A stretch of 63,044 nucleotides of DNA, filler included, from Octopus bimaculoides (lineage: Eukaryota): assembly GCF_001194135.2 (NCBI RefSeq). It is 8 parts of 7 records of this genome, joined end to end, with 100 filler letters (N's around TTAATTAATTAA, not from the genome) between each part and the next. Parts side by side here need not be neighbours in the genome. Positions count along the whole stretch, not along the records: positions 46,770 to 61,201 come from NC_068991.1; positions 61,302 to 63,044 come from NC_068991.1; 6 more parts are not named here. One strand, 5' to 3'. The translations under genes and the position numbers were made by a program. Shown here in pieces: positions 54,035 to 63,044 of this stretch. The first letter of the stretch is position 1. Each line of letters starts with the position of its first letter. The notes under the pieces were generated by a model. That model made no database searches, was not told where the DNA came from, and worked only from the letters and a program-made list of their open reading frames with translations.

Positions 54035-54089
<55 letters not shown>

Positions 54090-55239
54090 CATATATGTGT
54101 GTATGTCACTTTATTTTTGCGCATTTTTCTAGAACAAGGGACCGAGTTTCTATCGAAGAAACAAAAGTTTCATTGGAGTTTAGACAACAAAAATGATTAT
54201 ATGAATGTATGTATGTATGTATGTATGTGTGGGTGTGTGTATGTATGTATGTATGTATGTATGTATGCATGTATGTATGTATGCATGTATGTATGTATGC
54301 ATGTATGATTTTTTAAAGTTTTATTCATGTTCTTGAGAGAATCCAAGCCGGTAGCTAAAAAGCGACACGGCTTTTTGAGTTAAGATAGTTCTTAATGTTG
54401 GTATATATATCGTTGAGCTGGTATATTGGTTGAACTGTCAATGCATATATCTAGATGTGTGCATTTATTCGCATAAGAATCTCACAAGGAGAATTTTTGG
54501 AATGTCTTACAAATCTTTACTGTACCACTAACAGATTGGATTGGGAGAATCCGCATCAGTTTCTTTTGTTCTTTCTCCGTGAAACCGAGTACTTGTAGGG
54601 TTTTGTACAATGTTTTGAATATATTTATGTATGTATGTATGTATGTATGTATGTACGTATGTATGTATGTGTATTATTTTAGACTTTACCTCTCTTAGTA
54701 TTCCAATGAAAAATCTCATGACTGCAAACAAGAGGTAGAATGGTGAAAATGCACCGAATAAGTTGAAGATTAACAACAAGGCACTGCTTGACACTCGCAC
54801 ATGTTTTCGTCCAAATCTTTCAATCAAATAAGGTGCTGTCAAACCACCAATCATTTGACCCACGATATAAAATATTTGGGTAGATTCAGCCAATCCTTCA
54901 TTGTTACAGACCAGATCCCACTGCAAAAACAAACGTGTTTTACAACAACCAGGCAGAATTACGATTTCTCTATATGTATATGTACATTGTATATATATAT
55001 TTTCTTTTATTCTTTTACATGTGTCTGTCATGTCACTGCAGCCATGCTGGAGCACTGCCTTTAGTAGAATAAATCGACCCCAAGACAATCTTTGTAAGCC
55101 TAGTACTCATTCTGTCGGTTCTTTTGCCGAACCACTAGATTACGAGGACGTAAACACACCAACATCGGTTGGCAAAGCGATGGAGGGAGGAAAAACCCAG
55201 ATACACAGACAGACAGACAGACAGACAGACATACACACA

Positions 55240-55320
<81 letters not shown>

Positions 55321-55908
55321 NNNNNNNNNNNNNNNNNNNNNNNNNNNNNNNNNNNNNNNNNNNNNNNNNNNNNNNNNNNNNNNNNNNNNNNNNNNNNNNN
55401 NNNNNNNNNNNNNNNNNNNNNNNNNNNNNNNNNNNNNNNNNNNNNNNNNNNNNNNNNNNNNNNNNNNNNNNNNNNNNNNNNNNNNNNNNNNNNNNNNNNN
55501 NNNNNNNNNNNNNNNNNNNNNNNNNNNNNNNNNNNNNNNNNNNNNNNNNNNNNNNNNNNNNNNNNNNNNNNNNNNNNNNNNNNNNNNNNNNNNNNNNNNN
55601 NNNNNNNNNNNNNNNNNNNNNNNNNNNNNNNNNNNNNNNNNNNNNNNNNNNNNNNNNNNNNNNNNNNNNNNNNNNNNNNNNNNNNNNNNNNNNNNNNNNN
55701 NNNNNNNNNNNNNNNNNNNNNNNNNNNNNNNNNNNNNNNNNNNNNNNNNNNNNNNNNNNNNNNNNNNNNNNNNNNNNNNNNNNNNNNNNNNNNNNNNNNN
55801 NNNNNNNNNNNNNNNNNNNNNNNNNNNNNNNNNNNNNNNNNNNNNNNNNNNNNNNNNNNNNNNNNNNNNNNNNNNNNNNNNNNNNNNNNNNNNNNNNNNN
55901 NNNNNNNN

Positions 55909-55972
<64 letters not shown>

Positions 55973-58900
55973 ACACAACACAGCCACAAGCAGACAGAAT
56001 TGCCATTTATGTATGTATATATGTGGGGGGGTGTATACTATAGTCACAGGCCCACCAAAGCCTTGTGAGTGGATTTTGTACACGAAGACTGTCGTATATA
56101 TAAGTATATTTGTGTGTATGTGTCTGTGTTTGTACCCCCATCATCGCTTGACAACCGATGTTGCTGTTTTTACTTCCCCATAAATTAGCCGTTTGGCAAA
56201 ACATACCGACAGAATAATCACTAGGCTTACAAAGAATAAATCCTGTGGTGGATTTCTTCTACTAAAAGTGGTGCTCCAGCTTTGCCGTAGCCACATGACG
56301 AAAACAATAAAAAAAAAACTATACCATTCTAATCCCGAGCAACGTCAGGTATCTCTGCTAGCATTTAAATATAAAACTAAAACTGACTGACCTCTATTCA
56401 ATTTGCTACAAAGCCATCTCTAACATGTTACATTGTAGTGCCTTGATATGGAAGAATGGAAGAATGTATTGAATAATATATTCTTTGATATTATAACAGA
56501 CGTGATAAAGGCAACGAGCTAGCAGAATTATTAGCACACTGCGCATAATGCTTTGGGGCATTACGTTCTGAGTTCAAATTTCACCGATGTCGACTTTGCC
56601 TTTCATTCTTTCCGGATCCGATAAAATAATACCAGTCAAGAATTCGGTTCGATGTAATCGACTTGCCCCTCCTCTCAAAGCCTGCAAGACCTCCGCCAAC
56701 ATATGAAACCATTATAAAAAGTGAAATAAAGGCAGCGAGCTGGCACAAATTTTGGCTTGCCGGAAAAAATGCTCAGCGGCATTTCTTCCGGCTATACGTT
56801 CTGAGTTCAAATTTCGCCGAGGTCGATTTTGCCTTTCACCCTTTCGACATCAATAAAATAAGCACCAGGTGAGCTCTGGTGTCGATGCAATCGACTAGCC
56901 AAAAAGTTTCAGGTCTTGTGCCTATAATACAAAAAAAAACNNNNNNNNNNNNNNNNNNNNNNNNNNNNNNNNNNNNNNNNNNNNNNNNNNNNNNNNNNNN
57001 NNNNNNNNNNNNNNNNNNNNNNNNNNNNNNNNNNNNNNNNNNNNNNNNNNNNNNNNNNNNNNNNNNNNNNNNNNNNNNNNNNNNNNNNNNNNNNNNNNNN
57101 NNNNNNNNNNNNNNNNNNNNNNNNNNNNNNNNNNNNNNNNNNNNNNNNNNNNNNNNNNNNNNNNNNNNNNNNNNNNNNNNNNNNNNNNNNNNNNNNNNNN
57201 NNNNNNNNNNNNNNNNNNNNNNNNNNNNNNNNNNNNNNNNNNNNNNNNNNNNNNNNNNATTCTACTTTTTCAGCTTATATTCTAGAAAGTCCCACTAATT
57301 TCTAAACTTGACGTAAAGCTTAAACGAAAACAAATTAATTCCCAAATAAGAAAACATTTTAAATTCAGTTACCTGTGATACTATAGATTTATCAACTGGT
57401 GTCGTGTAATAATAGCTATTCAAACAGTCCAGGGTTCGGTTTTCACCTGTAACCTCTCCATTCGTATTGATGATGTCTATGGAGCACTTATCATATATTA
57501 GATTGTCTTCTTCATTGATCGATATGTTGTATTTACTGAGCTGAAACTCTGTCAGATTATTACATCTGTATTCAGGTGTGGTGGCTGTAAAATAGGGTTC
57601 CTCAACATATAAAACAGTGCTAGGAGTGAGCAAGAATTAGAAGGACTTTTATCAACGGTAAAGCAGTTCAGAAATAATATCGGTATCGATTTTGGTTTCG
57701 ATAAATTCACAAAAGCAACCTTTAAGAGAAGAAAACCGACAACAACATCAATCCATCTTAGGCTAGATACAACCAAAAAGAGAATGAGATCAAGAATGAA
57801 CCTATAAATATCTGGGCATTATTGAGGGCGATGATATTCAGCACGCACAAATGAAGACGACTCGATAGGAGTCCTACAGAAGTGTAAGAATTGTCCTAAA
57901 AACTTAATTGAACTCCAGGAACAACTTAGAACCTTATGGCATCTTAGTAGTACCTGTTGTGCAATATGATTTCAATGTCATAAGTTGGAAACTAGCTGAC
58001 CTACAAAGAATGGAGACAAAAACCAGAAAACTCCAAAGTGCCAATAAAATGCGCTATCAAAAGGCAGATAGAGACCGCCTCTACCTGTTAAGGAAAGGAG
58101 GTGAAAGAGGGCTGATCAAACTAGAATTCTCATACAAAACGGTCACAATTCTGCAGAAGTGCTTAAGAAAGACCAATGGATTGGATGATAAGATTTGGGA
58201 GAGAAAACGAATCTCAGAAACACAGAAGCTAGGAAATATAGAGCAGAGTTACGTATTACAGAAATAGAAAACGCTAATGAAGATACCTATAACCAACAAA
58301 GACAGCCAAAATACATAGATTGAATGCAAAAGCAGGACTTCAAATCTTGAAAGATTGTTGGCAGTAAAAACATCTCCAAGACCAAATCCTTCCTGCACTA
58401 AGGAAGCTGATGTAGACTAACCAAAAACTCTTTAATGGCTGCGGAGTTCAGGGTTGAAGGCAGAAACATAATTCATTCTTGCTATTCACGACCGGAGTCT
58501 ATGAACAAAATCTTATCACAAAAAACAGAACAAACTCCAAGTGCAGAGTTTGTAATGCCCGTAACGAAACAACTGACCACAAAGTATCTGGATATCTAAC
58601 CTTGGTTCCGTCAGAATATAATGCTAGATGCGACAGAGTTGGCCAATTTGTTCACTGGGCTTTTTGAGAAATCCTCGGTGCTGAATATGCGAAAAGCTGG
58701 TATGAATACCAACCTAAACTAGTAGTTCAAAATGACAGCATTACCATCTTTTGGGACTTAACAGTATATACCGTTCGCACGTTCGATACCAACCGCTCAG
58801 ATATTTGTTAAAGACACCAAGACCTGACTACTTATTGAAATATCAATACTACCTGACATAAATGTACCTGACATAAATGTACCTGACATAAATGTACCTG

Positions 58901-59260
58901 ACAGAGAATATGATAAATTTGCCAAGTATAAAAACCTTCACATGAAAATAAGCAGGATGAGACAAATAGAAACAATACCAGTTATGATTGGAACACGAGA
59001 AGTCATAAAAAAACAGTCAGTGGTCTCCTTGAAAAATCCTGGCCAAACTTATCTTATGCGAAATTCAAAAAAATAACATAAAGCCGTACGGTTTACACTC
59101 TACGTAATATCTTGTCCTTCCAACTTATAATATCAAAACATTTGGGATTTTCAACCCAACTCCTGAATCTGTCTTGAACAGCAATATTATTCAATAATGC
59201 CTATCCCACTGGACTGGCTGTCGCTTGGTATGTATTCAATATCTAACCGATATGAAACGA

Positions 59261-59337
<77 letters not shown>

Positions 59338-59541
59338 TAATAATAATAATAAACGGCAAATCCACAAAATTACAGACCGATACCTTGTCTCCCTACAATT
59401 TACAAAGCCTTTACTGCAATAATAACGCAGAGAATAAGCAAACATCTGCAAGAAAACAGCCTGTTTCCAGAAGAACAGAAGGGCTCATACGGTTGTAAAG
59501 ATCAGCTACTGATCAATAATGCCATAGCTGAAGACAGCCGC

Positions 59542-59580
<39 letters not shown>

Positions 59581-59712
59581 AAAAAGCACATGGCCTGGAT
59601 CGATTACCGAAAGGCTTTTGATAGTATTCCCCTCACATGGCTCCCAGAAACAGTAGCCATGAACAAGGTAGCACCAATAATCATAAAATATATAAGACAT
59701 TCCATGAATGTC

Positions 59713-59782
<70 letters not shown>

Positions 59783-59851
59783 NNNNNNNNNNNNNNNNNN
59801 NNNNNNNNNNNNNNNNNNNNNNNNNNNNNNNNNNNNNNNNNNNNNNNNNNN

Positions 59852-59898
<47 letters not shown>

Positions 59899-59913
59899 TA
59901 GTTTTTGGGAAAA

Positions 59914-59964
<51 letters not shown>

Positions 59965-60353
59965 GTGTACTGTTTCGTGATGGTAAGGTCAAGAAAAAAG
60001 TATCTTGTGAGACATAAATATTATTTAATAAACACATATATGTTTAAAGTAACAAACACTGTATATGTTTCATAAAGTATTGTCTGAGATGTTTACATCG
60101 CATGAAATTATTAGTAACCCATGAAAATGTAAAAATATATATTGTGTTTATTAAATAGTATATGCACGTATGTATGTGTGTGTATATATATACAGACGCA
60201 ATCATTATACATACCAAAGTAAACGTAGAAGAAAGTGTTAGTTGACACTAAAAGTATAGGAGCGCAGAGCATAATGTATTGAGTGGTGTGGAAATATTTG
60301 GAATCTCCCAAAGAAGTCATAATTCCATCAACATCAATCTGGGAAGGCTTCAT
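48638..60353 (-). CDS. SLC22-family (MFS, organic cation/anion transporter-like) gene, exons 1-6 only; join of 60353-60215, 57584-57373, 54920-54690, 53102-52900, 50160-<49893, 48772-48638
   Basis: Hand-spliced exons with GT..AG junctions and compatible phases (1,0,0,2,[2],2). The product has SLC22 hallmarks: TM1, a large extracellular loop with 4 Cys and 3 N-x-S/T sequons ending in IVSQWDLVC, motif-A-like ERFGRK, RFFIG, ESVRWL after TM6, then a TM7-TM8 exon. Confidence 0.9.
49136..49452 (+). mobile_element. tRNA-derived SINE family B. Other copies at 18373-18554(-), 26430-26776(-), 27018-27310(+), 51232-51540(-)
   Basis: Box A TGGCCCAGTGG, box B GGTTTCGATTCC; shared body gtcacgctgaat...acacgtgtctgtggagtgctcagccacttgcacg. 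Confidence 0.85.
49893..50160 (-). CDS. SLC22-like exon 5 (FLQESVRWL...EAPLL; central cytoplasmic loop), 3' end lost in N gap
   Basis: Acceptor gattgcag|T matches phase 2; ESVRWL corresponds to the family PESPRWL motif; frame is open up to the gap at 49892. Confidence 0.88.
50715..50755 (-). ncRNA. Hammerhead-like motif in SLC22 intron 4 (sense strand)
   Basis: GUUA-CUGAAGA-g-AUUGCA agag UGCAAU-GAAA-UAA-UU-UAAC. Canonical core, helix II 6 bp, helix I 4 bp, weak AUU triplet. Confidence 0.4.
52900..53102 (-). CDS. SLC22-like exon 4 (AFLLSSTTLVCELYPKEKR...GYFIVDF)
   Basis: Acceptor ctttttcag|GCA; 203 nt (67 codons +2); donor TT|GTAAGA; hydrophobic TM4-TM6 pattern. Confidence 0.9.
54690..54920 (-). 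CDS. SLC22-like exon 3 (WDLVC...ERFGRK...RFFIGILRE)
   Basis: Acceptor tttttgcag|TGG; 231 nt = 77 codons; donor GAG|GTAAAG; WDLVC and RFGRK motifs. Confidence 0.93.
57373..57584 (-). CDS. SLC22-like exon 2 (extracellular loop, TTPEYRC...DKSIVSQ)
   Basis: Acceptor ttttacag|CC completes Ala (phase 1); 212 nt; donor CAG|GTAACT; sequons NLT, NIS, NRT; 3 Cys. Confidence 0.9.
57628..59260 (+). mobile_element. Decayed R4/Dong-like REL-endonuclease LINE (RT C-terminal half, CCHC, REL), 5'-truncated, in SLC22 intron 1
   Basis: Motifs IGIDFGFDK, YKYLGI, RLYLLRKGGERGL, CRVC...ETTDH...EY..R.D.V...VHW, IFWDL...TNRSDI...LLIEISI.PD; ends at (AAT)n. Confidence 0.8.
59261..59352 (+). repeat. (AAT)n microsatellite, about 30 units
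   Basis: Read directly; lies between the two REL-LINE fragments. Confidence 0.95.
59353..59712 (+). mobile_element. Second R4/Dong-like fragment (RT N-terminal motifs)
   Basis: FPEEQKG...GCKDQLLIN and MAWIDYRKAFDSIP..W; interrupted by (GAAA)n. Confidence 0.8.
60215..60353 (-). CDS. SLC22-like exon 1 (MKPSQIDVDGIMTSLGDSKYFHTTQYIMLCAPILLVSTNTFFYVYF+G)
   Basis: ATG at 60353; 46 codons +1 nt; donor G|GTATGT; resembles the SLC22 N-terminus and TM1. Confidence 0.85.
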
Positions 60354-61051
60354 CTTTGTCTTTTTTTAATTTGTTTATCGTTTTTTCTTTGATTTTTCTT
60401 TTCCGTGATTGTTAAATATTATTTTTGAGTAAAAATACAGTGGGTGTCAGAATTGGTAGAACGCCAGAGAAAATGTCACATGATAGCTTACATAATGATT
60501 TCATACCATATCAGAACCAAAGAAAATAAAAATAATATTTGTTAATATGCCTACGGCATCATAATATAAATCCTGAGTAGTCAAACTGATCCATTCAAAT
60601 GGTCACTCACATAAAATCTGGGATTTTTTGAAACGAAATTAATGAATTATTTTTAACAGCGCACCAGTTTTTTTTTTTGTTTTTTTGTTTTTTTTACTTA
60701 AATGTAACACAGAGAATTCCAACTGTATTATCATATGCAGATAACAGTTGCAATCTTACACACGTGATTACGCTAAATATATATTATCTAAAATCAACAT
60801 GCAGCAGAATATAATTTCGAAATTAACCTAACTCAGAATTATTTAATTGTTATGTTAATTCTCTAAATGAAGTATTAACAGTAACTGCACGATAAAGTGT
60901 AGTATATTGCCACTTAAGTGTGGCTGACCCCTAGGGGTGGATGTTACTGTTGCTTTTAGCCCCAGGAGGACATCTCCTCCAGCTGGCTTATCGACACACG
61001 ACTGTGTCCTGTTTGCCAAGGGAGTTATCCCTCTCACCACGACCAGCAGCA

Positions 61052-61096
61052 CGAACGTATCCGGATTTCAGGGTTATTTCCCTTCGTCGGCGTTCG
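61052..61096 (-). ncRNA. Type I hammerhead-like motif (core variant CCGACGA)
   Basis: CGAACG-CCGACGA-AGGG aaauaa CCCU-GAAA-UCCGGA-UA-CGUUCG. Helix I 6 bp, helix II 4 bp, 8-nt palindrome AUCCGGAU in helix III; U4->C deviation. Confidence 0.6.
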
Positions 61097-62139
61097 ACAG
61101 CTGATGACCTTGGTGAGAGAGAAAAACCTGGCAAATCTTATATCTTCTTTTCCAGTGACATTCTTCACTGATATTGAAAAGGTGAAAACAAGCAATGTTA
61201 ANNNNNNNNNNNNNNNNNNNNNNNNNNNNNNNNNNNNNNNNNNNNTTAATTAATTAANNNNNNNNNNNNNNNNNNNNNNNNNNNNNNNNNNNNNNNNNNN
61301 NTGTGCGTGCGTGCGTGCAGGCAGTATTTTAGATTCGACTGTTCGATTTTCGCTTGCTTCGATGTTTCGCTTCCTATAAAATTGTAACCTGAATACAATT
61401 TTTGTACCCAATAATTTCAGATATTCGGACATTTTCAGTGAGTTTGATTTAGGCTTTTCTTTTCTTGTTTTCTTACAATGTTACAGAATTCTCGAATAAT
61501 ATATTTTATGCAAACAATGCTTTTTCTTTTTTTTTTTTTGCAGCTTTGCTTAAAATAAGCTAAAATAGAATTGTTTAATAAGCAGAAAATCGATAAACAG
61601 AAAATGAAGACACGCTCAATATTGTCTCTGTGGATTGAAATTCACGGGAAAGTACAATGTTCATTAAAGTTTGTAAACAAACGGACGCCATGATAGTTAT
61701 CCACTACAAACGCCATTATTCAAAAGCAGCTTTTGAATACCTTTTTAATATTTCATACTGTTTGTTATGTATATTGCCCTAACAAAAGTGTTCGAATGTA
61801 AAGTGTTGGCCCCGTTATACGAATGCAACAAAGTTAAAGACGAATATTATCAACCATTCAGAAATCGGCTGATTTTAAACTTCAATAAGCAAGGTTTTGA
61901 ACTTTATCATATCAGTTATGTTTTTAATTATTAAGGATAAACACACACACACACAAACACATACACAATATAAAAACGCACATAATACAGGTAATGTGTC
62001 GGTGCCCATTATTTCAAAATCAGAATGCGGCATGATGATAGGGAAAAAAACAGAGAGTTATTAAAGGTATGGATTGATAGCTAAGGTAGAAATAAATAAT
62101 CCAGAACTGATTCAAAGCAAGGTTATGAGATTGTAGATA

Positions 62140-62770
62140 GATTTGAAGGAACTCTTAGTTGAACAATCTAGTGATTCTCCAGATTTTCAGGCCAGGATAT
62201 GGTTGGAAAGATAGCAAGTGTAGATAAAAAAAAGTGCAGCAAAACATTTTTAAACGTTTAGTGATAGTGTTGAAGAAGCGGTTAAACTGTATAACAGATC
62301 TATAATGTTGATGAAACTGGCTTGCTTTGGAAGAAAATGCTTGAAACAACATTAATACTAACTGAAGATAAAACTGTTACTCCTAGAAATAAAGCAGATA
62401 AGGACAGACTGTCACTATCTATTGGTGATAACGAACCTGGTAACTTGAAACTGAAACCAACGCTTGTTTATTACTCTGAAAATTCTGGAACTTTGGAAGG
62501 GTTATCTAAAGGAATGCTTGCAATACAAATATAGCTTGGGTTATTGCAATTATGTTTGAAGACCGATCTAATGTTCACCTTATTCTTGAAGTTAAACAAT
62601 ATTATGCCAGGAATGTTTTATCATTTAAAGCATAGCGAACTTGAAATAATGGCACTAAACAGCCTAAAATATTATAGAATCTTTATCCTGGAATTAAATT
62701 GGTATTTTTGCCTCCACATTACTAGTAGGGAAATTCAGCTAAAAATGATGACCATGTGTTGCACAGAATT
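62140..62770 (+). mobile_element. Decayed pogo/Tigger-like transposase
   Basis: QIYNVDETGLLWKKM...KADKDRLSL...GNLKLKPTLVYYSEN, matching the Tigger DDE N-terminal block. Confidence 0.8.
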
Positions 62771-63044
62771 TTTGTCAGTGAACAGGTCGCAGTCTCAAAG
62801 CGACGAAAATATTTTGACAAATTAAATTTAAATGTTGAAGTCAATCTAACAGTTTTTGTGTGTTATTCATTTTAAATGGCTTATAAACACCTTCCACGCT
62901 GCAATTGTTTTCGTTCCAGCACACAATCTCAGATCAGGTCACTTGCTATGCAAGTATATCTCCGTAATTCTTAAACATTATAAAAGAATATGACTCAAAA
63001 ATAGTATAAATACGACTCAGATACAGAATGCAGTTAACAAGTTT

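Larger units (their letters stand above)
1..63044. repeat. Dense (TA)n, (CA)n, (TACA)n, (TAGA)n, (GA)n, (GAT/GGT)n microsatellites throughout
   Basis: Read directly; these explain the YIYI, THTH, VCVC and ERER ORFs and border most N gaps. Confidence 0.97.

Noticed and set aside
184-59965. Dozens of ORFs made of YIYI, THTH, VCVC, ERER or X runs
   Set aside because: Translations of microsatellites and N gaps; no domain content.
61101-61135. Plus-strand CTGATGA...GAAA
   Set aside because: No UH cleavage site or helix I; the well-formed fold is on the minus strand.
4364-61257. Seven TTAATTAATTAA islands inside N runs, which could look like a regularly repeated motif
   Set aside because: Each sits in a fixed 100-bp N block; this is an assembly placeholder, not biological sequence.

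Overview
AT-rich, microsatellite-saturated, gapped eukaryotic DNA. The repeat families and composition suggest a cephalopod (Octopus-like) draft genome; this is inference. The one well-supported host gene is a divergent SLC22/MFS organic-ion transporter on the minus strand. Six coding exons lie at 60353-48638, with canonical GT-AG junctions and compatible phases at every visible junction. The end of exon 5 is in an N gap and the C-terminal exons were not found. The rest is mostly decayed mobile DNA: an internally deleted RTE LINE and RTE 3' tails, an R4/Dong-like REL LINE ending in (AAT)n, a Tx1/L1-like ORF1, an Hsmar1-like mariner, DD36E Tc1-like, DD37D maT-like and pogo/Tigger fragments, hAT ends, a TTAA-flanked palindromic MITE, and at least four tRNA-derived SINE families. 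The most interesting unannotated signal is a set of up to six type I hammerhead-ribozyme-like motifs. Several have palindromic helix III, like the minimal hammerheads of Penelope-like elements and retrozymes. Two sit in a shared repeat architecture, and two are co-oriented with the SLC22 transcript. Most long ORFs in the track are microsatellite or N-gap artefacts.
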